Positions 24,039 to 33,399 of a stretch of DNA of 37,556 bases are shown one piece after another; within the stretch, counting starts at the first letter, position 1; each line of letters opens with the position of its first letter. Both the position numbers and the translations under genes were made by a program. The notes below the pieces were generated by a model. It did no database searches. It saw only the letters and a list, made by a program, of their open reading frames with translations, and was not told the origin of the DNA. This DNA is from an uncultured bacterium (GTDB lineage Bacteria > UBA8481), in NCBI GenBank assembly GCA_964499705.1, contig CAZCME010000015.1:62001-99556 (forward strand), written 5' to 3'.

Positions 24039-26735
24039 GTGAACCGCTCGCAGCTCGCATCATCTTTTCTTGGATTTGTGTTGATCTTTATCACGGGCGC
24101 GGCGGCGGAGATGGAAACCACCGTCCCTTCGTTGTCAGAGGACAGGCTGTTCCGGACTCCCGTGGAGGATCGCGAGTGGCGGCATCCCTGCGTCATTCCG
24201 CCCCTGGCGATTCCCCAGGACAGTCCCGTCCTCGCGCTCCGGAAAACGGAAGTCCATGCCCGGATTCTCGGCACGATCGCGGATGTCGAGGTCATCCAGC
24301 ACTACCATAATCCCTCCGCGACGACGGTCGATGTCGGTTACACATTTCCTTTGCCGGCGGATGCCGCGGTGCGGAGCGTGGAACTGGTGACGGGCGACAG
24401 GACTCTTGCCGCGGATCTGAAGGAAGTGGATGAGGCGCGTGAGATCTACGAGGAGGCGCGCCGCGCCGGGAACGGCGCGCTGCTTGTCGAGAGCCGGCGG
24501 GAGAATGTCTTCCGCGCGCGGATCGCGAATGTGGAGCCGGGCAGCGAGTTGGCCGTCCGGATCCGCTATTCGCAGGCGCTTTCACCCGAGGGATCGTCGT
24601 TTCGCTTGCTCTTCCCCACCGTCGTTGCTCCGCGCTATTGCCCGGCGGGGCAGGAAGACGCGGGCCTGTTCGATCTGCCGTACGTGCCGACCGGTCTTCC
24701 GGGGCACTCGATCGAGATCGATGTGGAACTCGATGCCGGCATACCCGTGGATCATGTTGTCTCTCCGAGCCATCCGATCTCCGTTTCGATCCGGGAGGGC
24801 GTGACGAGGGTTGCTCTCGGCAAGGTCAATGAAGTTCCGAACCGCGATTTCATTCTTTCGTGGAACATTGTCTCTTCTGGAGCGCAGTCGACCGGCGCCA
24901 CTCTCTGGACCGGTCCGCGCGATGATTTTGGAATTCCGTTTCTCATGGTCGCATGGCCGCCGCGTCCGGTGGGGGAAACGAAAGCATCGCGCGAGATCAT
25001 CTTCATTCTCGATTCGTCGGGATCGATGTCCGGCGCCAAGTTCGAAGCGGCGACCCGCGCGCTCCGCGGGTTCCTTCGGGGCCTCGGCAATCGGGATACG
25101 ATCAGGCTCATCGATTTCGACGATGAATTCTCGGAGATGAACCGCAAGGCGCTCCCGTTTTCCCAGGCGATGCTCGATCGCGCCGATGCCTGGATCGCTT
25201 CCCTCGTCGCCGATGGCGGGACCGAGATCCTGAAGCCCCTGTCGCATGCGCTCGGCCTGCCCCGCGACGAAGAACGCGAACGCATCATCGTCCTGTTGAC
25301 GGACGGCCAGGTGGGGAATGAGGATGAAGTACTCTCCGAAGTGACGCGCCGCGCCGGACGGACCCGGATCTACACGATGGGAATCGACTATGCCGTCAAC
25401 GACGGGATGCTCCGTTCGATCGCGCGTGCGACGCATGGTTCCTGCATCCTGATTTCGCCCGACGAGGATGTCGAAGGAGCCATCCTGTCGCTGAAGAGAA
25501 AGTTCACGTCGCCGGTCGCGACGGATATATCCCTCGATATGAAGGGCGCTGAAAAAGTCTTCCCCGATCCGGCCCCGGATCTGCACGCCGGCGAGCCGCT
25601 CGTTCTCACGGGCAGGACCACGGCGCGCGAGGTGGAAGGCGCTCGCTTGACCGGCCGATTCGCTGGCAAGCCCTGGAACGCCGACCTGGAAGTGAAATCG
25701 GTCCCGGCAAAGGGTGTCAATATCGCGGCCGTCGCGGCGGAGAAGGAAATCGAAAGCCTGACGGATCGGATGAGCAACGGTGATCGCGATGAGCTGAAGA
25801 AGAGGATCGTCGACCTGTCGTTGGCGCATGGTGTCGCGAGCGCGTTCACCGCATTCGTGGTCGTCGACAGGCGCGCGGAGAAGACGGAGACAGGTTCGGT
25901 CCGATCCGTCGAGGTGCCGGTCGCGTTTCCCCAGGGCTGGAATTGGAACACGGTGTATGGCGGCGGAAGGCGGAACGGAGTTCATATATCCGGTTATATC
26001 AATACCGGTTATGTCGGAGCGTCATACGCGCCGTCGAGCGGCATGATCGCATACGCGCCCTCTCCCAAGGCGATGCACGGCGCCTTCGCGTCGGCGCCCG
26101 CCGATGCGATGTATTCGGCCTCGGGTGTGAGCGCTCCCGACGCCGCGCCGCAACCCGGCGTATCCATCGAGGATATGGCTCTGCGTTTCCTCACGAGGAA
26201 GCAGCGCGCGAGCGGAATGTGGCTCCGTAACGGCCGGGAGAACGCGCGCGTGACCGCACTGTCGCTGCTGGCACTGCTCCCGTCGCATGCGAAGCATCAG
26301 AACGAATGTGAACGGGCGATCGGAGCCTTGTTGAAAGACGAGACGCTGCGGGAAATCCAGGGGGGCGATCATCAGGACCGCGCCCTCGTGAAACTGGCGT
26401 TGTCCCGGGCGGCCGATGAGCTGCAATCGGAAGATGCATCCCTGGCGGATGCGGCTCGAAAAGCGGCGGCAAAGCTGGGGCAGATGACTCCGTCGCCTGA
26501 CGTTTCCATCCTGGATCGTCTTGCGTCGTCGGACAGGCCGGACGACCTTGCGGATCTGCTCCTCGCGGCGATTCAGTCGCCGAACGGCGCGGAGCAGCCG
26601 CGTAGGGTAGCGGTGGCGCGGCTCGAAGCGAAAGTTTCGACATCCGGAGCGGACGCGGGCGGCGTTCAGATTTCCGGTGTCGACGGCGTCGAAGCGACGG
26701 CTCTGTATGCCGCGCTCGCGATGGCGGTGCGATGA
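24039..26735 (+). CDS. Secreted VIT (vault/inter-alpha-trypsin) + von Willebrand A domain protein
   Basis: GGAGG RBS and signal peptide. VIT: YTFPLPADAAV, EAREIYEEARRAG, NVFRARIANV. MIDAS: ILDSSGSM, ADGGTE, LLTDG. The C-terminal ALRFLTRKQRASGMW resembles a QxxxGxW helical-barrel repeat. Confidence 0.88.
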   Translation: MNRSQLASSFLGFVLIFITGAAAEMETTVPSLSEDRLFRTPVEDREWRHPCVIPPLAIPQDSPVLALRKTEVHARILGTIADVEVIQHYHNPSATTVDVGYTFPLPADAAVRSVELVTGDRTLAADLKEVDEAREIYEEARRAGNGALLVESRRENVFRARIANVEPGSELAVRIRYSQALSPEGSSFRLLFPTVVAPRYCPAGQEDAGLFDLPYVPTGLPGHSIEIDVELDAGIPVDHVVSPSHPISVSIREGVTRVALGKVNEVPNRDFILSWNIVSSGAQSTGATLWTGPRDDFGIPFLMVAWPPRPVGETKASREIIFILDSSGSMSGAKFEAATRALRGFLRGLGNRDTIRLIDFDDEFSEMNRKALPFSQAMLDRADAWIASLVADGGTEILKPLSHALGLPRDEERERIIVLLTDGQVGNEDEVLSEVTRRAGRTRIYTMGIDYAVNDGMLRSIARATHGSCILISPDEDVEGAILSLKRKFTSPVATDISLDMKGAEKVFPDPAPDLHAGEPLVLTGRTTAREVEGARLTGRFAGKPWNADLEVKSVPAKGVNIAAVAAEKEIESLTDRMSNGDRDELKKRIVDLSLAHGVASAFTAFVVVDRRAEKTETGSVRSVEVPVAFPQGWNWNTVYGGGRRNGVHISGYINTGYVGASYAPSSGMIAYAPSPKAMHGAFASAPADAMYSASGVSAPDAAPQPGVSIEDMALRFLTRKQRASGMWLRNGRENARVTALSLLALLPSHAKHQNECERAIGALLKDETLREIQGGDHQDRALVKLALSRAADELQSEDASLADAARKAAAKLGQMTPSPDVSILDRLASSDRPDDLADLLLAAIQSPNGAEQPRRVAVARLEAKVSTSGADAGGVQISGVDGVEATALYAALAMAVR

Positions 26736-26771
26736 TGCGAAGAGAGAGGAGCCGCGGTATGATGTCTTCGG

Positions 26772-27416
26772 ATGAAGAAGCTGCTTTTCGTCAGCATCGG
26801 GAGCCTGGTCGCCGTTCAGTTGGTGATCGCCTTGACATGGTTCTCAGGGTCATCACAGGTTCCACGCGCGCCGATCCCTCCTGGCCCGCCGCGGAATTAT
26901 ATGGCGCATGGTATGAGGGCGATCAGTCCCGCCCGTCAGCCTGCGCGGCCGGCCAGCCAGGAGCCGTCACGCTTGTCTCCGGACACCGTCGTAATTCGGT
27001 GCGGCGATTCCTTGACCGTGAATTTCTTCTTCGCATGTGAGGATGTCCGCTTCGGAGACGGGATATTCGCTACGCTGATCGTCGAGGGCGATTCCCGTTC
27101 ACTTTTCATGGACAGCGGTATCCTGGACGCGTCTCCGCCCATTCGCCATGAACTGACGCACCGCATCGAGAACGGAAGAACCGCCAGGGGCTGGACATTG
27201 AAGGGCTTTCGTCCCGGCGACACCGCCATTCTGGTCGCGCAATTTCGCATCGATCGGCCCGGCGAATACAGCATGCTGGCTGTCATGGAAAAGGACCTGG
27301 ACGAGCCGGAGGAAAGCCAGCCGATCGAGCGCCGCGTTCTGAGAGTGCTTGCTGATACCGTTGCCGGGATGCGCTCCGGTGCTACTGTGAATTCACTTCC
27401 CACATCTCCGCGCTGA
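26772..27416 (+). CDS. Hypothetical membrane-anchored protein
   Basis: N-terminal MKK plus hydrophobic helix, Pro-rich linker, and a beta-rich (Ig-like) C-terminal part. It fills the gap between the vWA gene and nfo. Confidence 0.6.
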   Translation: MKKLLFVSIGSLVAVQLVIALTWFSGSSQVPRAPIPPGPPRNYMAHGMRAISPARQPARPASQEPSRLSPDTVVIRCGDSLTVNFFFACEDVRFGDGIFATLIVEGDSRSLFMDSGILDASPPIRHELTHRIENGRTARGWTLKGFRPGDTAILVAQFRIDRPGEYSMLAVMEKDLDEPEESQPIERRVLRVLADTVAGMRSGATVNSLPTSPR

Positions 27417-27431
27417 CTCTAATCTCCGCAC

Positions 27432-28271
27432 ATGAAAGATCGCATCGGTTGTCATCTCTCCATCGCGGGCGGCGTTGCGAAGGCAGTCGGCCGCGCGGCG
27501 GAAGCGGACTGTTCCGCGTTCCAGATCTTCACCAGGAACCCGCGGGGATGGGCGCACGCGGAATTGACGGATGAGGAGATCGCGGAATTTCGAAAGGGAA
27601 CGCAAAAGGATGGACCGTTTCCTGTGGCTCATATGCCGTACCTGCCCAACCTCGCCGCGCCGAACGTGGAGATCTACAGGAAGTCCGTGGATACGCTCGC
27701 TTCCGAACTGGTGCGCTGCGGAAAATTGGGAATAGCGTATCTGGTCACGCATCTCGGGTCGCATCTGGGTCTGGGTGAAAAGGAAGGCCGGGAGCGGATC
27801 GTCCAGGCCATCCGCACGGCGCTCGATCAATCTGGTTCCTCCACGATGGTCCTGATGGAAAATACCGCCGGCACGAAAAATTCGCTCGGCACGACGCCGG
27901 AGGAACTGGCGATCATTCTCGATGCCATGGACGGCGACAAGCGCGTCGGGCTCTGCATCGACACGGCCCATGCCTTCGCAGCCGGCTACGATTGGAGGAG
28001 CAAGGACAATCCTTTTTATTCCGAGCTGAAGTCTGCCCGGCTTCATGACCGCGTCATGGTGATCCATCTGAACGACTCGAAAGTGGCGCTGGGAAAACGC
28101 GCGGATCGCCATGAACATCTCGGCCTCGGGGAAATCGGATTGGAAGGTCTGAAAAACGCCGTCACCCACCCGCTCTTCCGGAATCTGCCCTGCATCTGCG
28201 AAACCCCCGTCGACGAAACCCGCGACGACAAGGAAAATGTCGCCATCGCCAGGAAATTGCGGAGCAATTAA
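27432..28271 (+). CDS. nfo: Endonuclease IV (AP endonuclease)
   Basis: IGCHLSIAGG, FQIFTRNPRGW, HMPYLPNL, HLGSH, MENTAG, CIDTAHAFAAGYD, HLNDSK, DRHEHLG, ETP. Confidence 0.96.
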   Translation: MKDRIGCHLSIAGGVAKAVGRAAEADCSAFQIFTRNPRGWAHAELTDEEIAEFRKGTQKDGPFPVAHMPYLPNLAAPNVEIYRKSVDTLASELVRCGKLGIAYLVTHLGSHLGLGEKEGRERIVQAIRTALDQSGSSTMVLMENTAGTKNSLGTTPEELAIILDAMDGDKRVGLCIDTAHAFAAGYDWRSKDNPFYSELKSARLHDRVMVIHLNDSKVALGKRADRHEHLGLGEIGLEGLKNAVTHPLFRNLPCICETPVDETRDDKENVAIARKLRSN

Positions 28272-29680
28272 AGCGCTTTCCAAACCTTCTCTCTCTGCCC
28301 GCCGTCCGTCGCCAGGGGGCGGGTGATGCCGAGTTCGCGGGTCGTCAGGAGGTTGATGATGTCGCCGTCGCTCCCCGTCTCGACGCCATGCTCGTCGCGC
28401 GTCAGCTTCACGTGCGGGCGGTACGGGAAGAACGGATTCGCCGCGATCACGATGGCGACGCTGCTGTTGGAGAGTTCCACGAGGCTGCCGACAGGGTAGA
28501 GCGCCATGTTCTGCAGGAAGGCTTTCACGGCCATGGGGTCGAAGAGCGTCGCGGATGACGCGAGAATGTGTTTCATCGTGTCATATCCGAGGATACTTTC
28601 GCGGTGGGGCCGGTGAGATGTCATGGCCGTGTAGGAATCCACGAGCGCCACGATGCGCGCGTATTCGTGGATGCCCAATCCCTTGCGTCCTTTGGGATAA
28701 CCCGATCCGTCGAATCGCTCGTGATGCTGATAAGCGACATACTCCGCGTGCCGCGAGATCCCCTTGGTATCATGCAGAATATCGGCCCCGAGGACCGTGT
28801 GCTTCTGGATCTCCAGTTGCATTGGAACAGTCACTTTGCCGGGATGCTTCCAGGCCGAGGGCGAAATGCGGCTCATGCCGATGTCGTGGAGCAGGCAGCA
28901 TTCCGCCAGTTCGTACAGCTCGCTCTGGGGAAAACCCATGGAATAGCCGGTCAGGATGGCGTGCACGGTCGAACCGACGGCGTGGGCCAGGAGGTAGTCG
29001 TCGAAGTGAGTCAGCGTTGTCAGCGCGGAGAGAACCTGGCGGTTGGCGATGCCGTTGTCGACGAGCTGAATGATCATGCGCCGCAGGCCGTCCATGTTGA
29101 AATCCACATCGCGGCTCGCGATGCCGGAAAATGTTTTCTTAACCTGACGCACAGTCTGGCGGTGTACTTCGTGCATCACCTTCTTGGCTTCGCGCATGGT
29201 CGATTTGTCGTAGACGAACGGAACCGCTTCGGGTGGCTTGAGATCTTCGGTTCGCCGCACGGAAGGCGGCGCGGAAAGGCGTTCCTCGATTTCCGCTTCC
29301 AGCTTCGTCATGTCAGCCGGAGGCGGCGCCTTCTCGATGATCTCTTCCCAGACGATCGGTTCTTCGGATTCCAGGGATCCGAGCATCAGTGTGAACGCTT
29401 CGCTCGGTTCCTCGTCTCTCGCCGTGGACTCCAGCGTCAGCGAGGATGACGGAACATCTCCCGATGATCCCGATGAATTTTCTCCGGATACCGCATCAGG
29501 ATCGCCCGGTTCCCTGACTGAGACGGAGGTGATGCCCCAGCGATCCAGCTTTCCTATCAATTCTTGCGTGAGTCGCGTGTTCTGATCCAGGAGGACCGTG
29601 CCGTTGCGCGCGAAGATGGATCTGGTCAGGACATCTCCGACCAGCAGTTCATCGATCGTTTTCATCCCCTCGGCTGCCAT
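28268..29680 (-). CDS. HD-GYP domain cyclic-di-GMP phosphodiesterase
   Basis: LLHDIGM, KHTVLG, QHHERFDGSGYPKG, ARIVALVDSYTAMTSHRPHR, LYPVGSLVEL. The start could be 29680 or 29665. Confidence 0.9.
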   Translation of the reverse strand: MAAEGMKTIDELLVGDVLTRSIFARNGTVLLDQNTRLTQELIGKLDRWGITSVSVREPGDPDAVSGENSSGSSGDVPSSSLTLESTARDEEPSEAFTLMLGSLESEEPIVWEEIIEKAPPPADMTKLEAEIEERLSAPPSVRRTEDLKPPEAVPFVYDKSTMREAKKVMHEVHRQTVRQVKKTFSGIASRDVDFNMDGLRRMIIQLVDNGIANRQVLSALTTLTHFDDYLLAHAVGSTVHAILTGYSMGFPQSELYELAECCLLHDIGMSRISPSAWKHPGKVTVPMQLEIQKHTVLGADILHDTKGISRHAEYVAYQHHERFDGSGYPKGRKGLGIHEYARIVALVDSYTAMTSHRPHRESILGYDTMKHILASSATLFDPMAVKAFLQNMALYPVGSLVELSNSSVAIVIAANPFFPYRPHVKLTRDEHGVETGSDGDIINLLTTRELGITRPLATDGGQREKVWKAL

Positions 29681-29837
29681 GATTGCCTGATTGTCTCCCG
29701 CCCCTGTATTTGCTGACTACGCGACAATTTGTATCTTTTTTTACATGCAATGACTATGGCAAAATGATAGGCTCCGCCCCGTAACTTTAGTCACGGTTTA
29801 CATTTGCAAGGGCATCATCGGAAGCACGGATCAACCC

Positions 29838-32800
29838 ATGACAGTGAGAAAGTTTTCTAAAATCCTGGTCGCCAACCGCGGGGAAATCGCCATCCGCGTC
29901 TTCCGTGCCGCGACCGAGCTCGACCTGCGCACGGTTGCCATCTTCTCCGAGGAAGATCGCCTCTCCCTGCATCGTTATAAAGCCGACGAAGCCTACCAGG
30001 TCGGTCATGGCCTGGGGCCGCTTCGAGCTTACCTCGCGATCGACGAGATCGTCCGCCTCGCCCTCGAAAAGGGAGTCGACGCCATTCATCCCGGATATGG
30101 ATTTCTCGCGGAGAACGCCGACTTCGCGCGCGCCTGCGAAAAGGCCGGCATCACGTTCATCGGGCCGACATCGGACCAGATCGCCATGATGGGCGACAAG
30201 ATCGCCGCCCGCCGCGCCGCGGAGAAGGTCGGTCTTCCGCTGGTTCCCGGCACTCCCGATGCCGTCGACATGCATGGTGCCGTCGCCTTCGCCAGGAAGC
30301 ACGGTTTCCCCGTCATGTTGAAGTCGGCTTTCGGCGGTGGAGGCCGTGGCATTCGCCCCGCGTACAACATGGCGGATCTGAAGAACGCCTTCGCGGAAGC
30401 GGAGCGGGAATCGATGACGGCGTTCGGGCGGTCGGAGATTTTTCTCGAGAAGAAGATCGAGCGTCCCAAGCACATCGAAGTCCAGATCATGGGCGACATG
30501 TATGGCAACGTGATTCACGCCTTCGAGCGCGATTGCTCCATCCAGCGAAGGAACCAGAAAGTCATCGAGCTGGCTCCCGCGCCCTCCCTGAATATCACGC
30601 CCGCCGGCAAGAAGATCCGGGACCGGATCTGCCATCTCTCCGTCGCCCTGGCCCGCGAGATCGGATATCGAAACGCGGGCACGATGGAGTATCTATTCGA
30701 GCCCCAGACGGGACAGTTTTATTTCATGGAGATGAACACGCGGATCCAGGTGGAGCACACGGTGACGGAGATGATCACGGGGATCGATCTCGTCAAGACG
30801 CAGATCCGCGTTGCGGAAGGTTTCAAGCTGACGGACGCGGAGATCGGACTGGCCGATCAGGACAAGCTTCATTACCAGGGCGTCGCGATCCAGTGCCGGA
30901 TCACGACGGAGGATCCGGCCGAGAAATTCAATCCCGACTACGGCCGCCTCTCCGCCTATCGTTCCTCCGCCGGTCACGGCATCCGCCTCGACGCCGGCAA
31001 CGCGCACACGGGCGCCGTCATCACGCCCTACTACGATTCGCTCCTCGTCAAGATCTCCGCCCTGGGACGCGATCTCGACGAGGCCGCCCATCGGATGGAT
31101 CGCGCGCTCGCCGAGTTCCGCGTGCGCGGCGTGAAGACCAACATCAATTTCCTCCGCGCGGTCATGCGGGAGCCGGAATTCCGGTCCGGCGAATTCCGGA
31201 CGGACTATCTCGAACGCCATCCGGAGCTGATGGTCTCGGCCGATACGCAGGATCGCGCCTCCAAGCTCCTGAGCTTCATCGCCGATGTCACGGTGAACGG
31301 GAACCCGATCATGAAGGGTTTCTCCAGGCCGAAGGTTTCCGTCTACCCGGAGCTGCCGCCGGCCGGAGATGTGAACAGGCCCTGCCCGGAAGGCACCCGG
31401 CAGATCCTCGAGTCGCGCGGCGCGGACGGTCTCGTGAAATGGATCCTCGGTCAGAAGAAACTGCTCGTGACCGACACGACGATGCGCGACGCGCACCAGT
31501 CGCTCCTGGCCACCCGCATGAGGACCTCCGACATGATGGGCGCCGCATCCGCGATCACGCGCCGGGAACCCGGGATCTTCTCCTATGAGGTCTGGGGCGG
31601 TGCGACGTTTGACACGTGCATGCGGTTTCTGAAGGAAGATCCCTGGATGCGGCTCTCGTCGCTGCGGGAAGCCATGCCCAATGCCCTCTTGCAGATGCTT
31701 CTGCGAGGCCCCAACGCGGTCGGCTATACGAATTATCCGGATAACGTCATCCGGGAATTCGTGAAGCGGTCGGCGGAGGCCGGCATCGACATCTTCCGCA
31801 TCTTCGATTCCCTGAACTGGCTGGAAGGAATGCGCGTCGCGATCCACGCCGCGCGCGACACGGGCCGCATCGCGGAAGCCGCCATCTGCTACACCGGCAA
31901 CATCGAGGATCCGGCCAGGACGAAATACACGTTGAAATATTATGTTCGGTTGGCGAAGGAACTGGAGAAAGCCGGCGCACAGATGCTCGCGATCAAGGAT
32001 ATGGCCGGCCTTCTTCGCCCCTTCTCCGCGCGCCTTCTCGTGAAGGCCCTGAAGGACGAGCTCGATATCCCGATCCATCTCCATACGCACGACACCGCGG
32101 GAATCCAGGCCGCGACGCTCCTGACCGCCGCGGAAGCCGGCGTCGATATCGTGGATGCCGCGCTGTCGTCGATGAGCGGCCTGACATCGCAGGTTAACCT
32201 GAACGGCCTCGTCGCCGCCTTCCAGTTCCACAAGCGCGCGACCGGCCTCGATCTCGCGACGCTGAATGAGTTCTCGTCCTACTGGGAGGAAGTGCGCCGC
32301 AATTACTCGCCGTTCGAATCGGAGCTCCGGAGCGGCACGGCCGACGTGTACGAGCACGAGATGCCGGGCGGACAGTACACCAATCTGCGCGCGCAGGCGG
32401 AGGCGATGAACCTGGGCCAGCGCTGGCATGATGTCGTCCGCGCCTATACATCCGCCAACAAGCTCTTCGGCGACATCGTCAAGGTCACCCCCTCGTCGAA
32501 AGTCGTCGGTGACATGGCGCTTTTCATGGTGGCCAATGACATGACGGAGGAAAATTTCTTCGACAAGGCCGCGCATCTTTCCTTTCCGGAGAGCGTGATC
32601 GGGATGATGCGCGGCGACCTGGGCCAGGCTCCGGGCGGTTTCCCGAAGAAGGTGCGCGATGCCGTTCTGCGCGGCCAGAAGCCGCTGCGCGGCCGCCAGG
32701 GCAAGCTCCTGAAGCCCATCGCCTTCGCGAAAGTTAAGGCCGAGATCGAGAAGAAGCACCGTCGCGGCGGCGGAGACCGTTCCGGCAGGATCAACGATTT

Positions 32801-33323
32801 CGACGTGATGAGCCACGTCATGTACCCGCAGGTCGCCCCCGATTTCTTCGACCACAGGAAACATTTCGGCGATACATCCATCCTGCCGACGCCCATCTTC
32901 TTCTACGGCATGCAGCCCGGGGAGGAAGTCGCTCTGGAGATCGAAGCCGGCAAGACGCTTTATATCAAGCTGATCGCCATCTCGGCCACCGACACCGACG
33001 GCATGAAGACGATCTTCTTCGAATTGAACGGCCATCCCCGCGACGTGAAGGTGAACGACAAGAGCGACACGAGGACGGCGCAGAAACGCCCGAAGGCCGA
33101 TCCCGAGAATCTCCACCACCTCGGTTCCCCCATGCCCGGCCGCGTCGTCCAGGTGCTCGTCAAGCCCGGCCAGGATGTCGCCAAGGGCGACACTGTTGTC
33201 CTCCTGGAGGCGATGAAGATGGAAACGACCGTGATCGCCCCCCGCTCAGGCGGCGTCGGAGAAATTCATGTCGCCTCCGGTGAGATCGTCGACGCGGGCG
33301 ATCTGATCATGGTGTACAAGTAA
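29838..33323 (+). CDS. pyc: Pyruvate carboxylase
   Basis: Biotin carboxylase (ANRGEIA, HPGYGFLAEN, ERDCSIQRR), carboxyltransferase (DTTMRDAHQSLLATR, HLHTHDT) and biotinyl motif EAMKME. Confidence 0.97.
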   Translation: MTVRKFSKILVANRGEIAIRVFRAATELDLRTVAIFSEEDRLSLHRYKADEAYQVGHGLGPLRAYLAIDEIVRLALEKGVDAIHPGYGFLAENADFARACEKAGITFIGPTSDQIAMMGDKIAARRAAEKVGLPLVPGTPDAVDMHGAVAFARKHGFPVMLKSAFGGGGRGIRPAYNMADLKNAFAEAERESMTAFGRSEIFLEKKIERPKHIEVQIMGDMYGNVIHAFERDCSIQRRNQKVIELAPAPSLNITPAGKKIRDRICHLSVALAREIGYRNAGTMEYLFEPQTGQFYFMEMNTRIQVEHTVTEMITGIDLVKTQIRVAEGFKLTDAEIGLADQDKLHYQGVAIQCRITTEDPAEKFNPDYGRLSAYRSSAGHGIRLDAGNAHTGAVITPYYDSLLVKISALGRDLDEAAHRMDRALAEFRVRGVKTNINFLRAVMREPEFRSGEFRTDYLERHPELMVSADTQDRASKLLSFIADVTVNGNPIMKGFSRPKVSVYPELPPAGDVNRPCPEGTRQILESRGADGLVKWILGQKKLLVTDTTMRDAHQSLLATRMRTSDMMGAASAITRREPGIFSYEVWGGATFDTCMRFLKEDPWMRLSSLREAMPNALLQMLLRGPNAVGYTNYPDNVIREFVKRSAEAGIDIFRIFDSLNWLEGMRVAIHAARDTGRIAEAAICYTGNIEDPARTKYTLKYYVRLAKELEKAGAQMLAIKDMAGLLRPFSARLLVKALKDELDIPIHLHTHDTAGIQAATLLTAAEAGVDIVDAALSSMSGLTSQVNLNGLVAAFQFHKRATGLDLATLNEFSSYWEEVRRNYSPFESELRSGTADVYEHEMPGGQYTNLRAQAEAMNLGQRWHDVVRAYTSANKLFGDIVKVTPSSKVVGDMALFMVANDMTEENFFDKAAHLSFPESVIGMMRGDLGQAPGGFPKKVRDAVLRGQKPLRGRQGKLLKPIAFAKVKAEIEKKHRRGGGDRSGRINDFDVMSHVMYPQVAPDFFDHRKHFGDTSILPTPIFFYGMQPGEEVALEIEAGKTLYIKLIAISATDTDGMKTIFFELNGHPRDVKVNDKSDTRTAQKRPKADPENLHHLGSPMPGRVVQVLVKPGQDVAKGDTVVLLEAMKMETTVIAPRSGGVGEIHVASGEIVDAGDLIMVYK

Positions 33324-33395
33324 GAAGGATGAAGGATGAAGTACATGAGGAAAACGAACGGTTTCTTCATCCTTCATATTTCATCCCTCATCCTT
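33324..33395. repeat. Inverted repeat with 7-mer tandem arms between convergent genes; possible terminator
   Basis: GAAGGAT-GAAGGAT-GAA (33324-33340) versus TTCATCC-TTCATAT-TTCATCC-CTCATCC-TT (33366-33395). Confidence 0.75.
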
Positions 33396-33399
33396 GCTT

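Noticed and set aside
22058-33395. The two tandem-repeat elements (22058-22170 and 33324-33395) as CRISPR arrays
   Set aside because: The units are 7-9 nt, contiguous and inverted, with no unique spacers and no cas genes.
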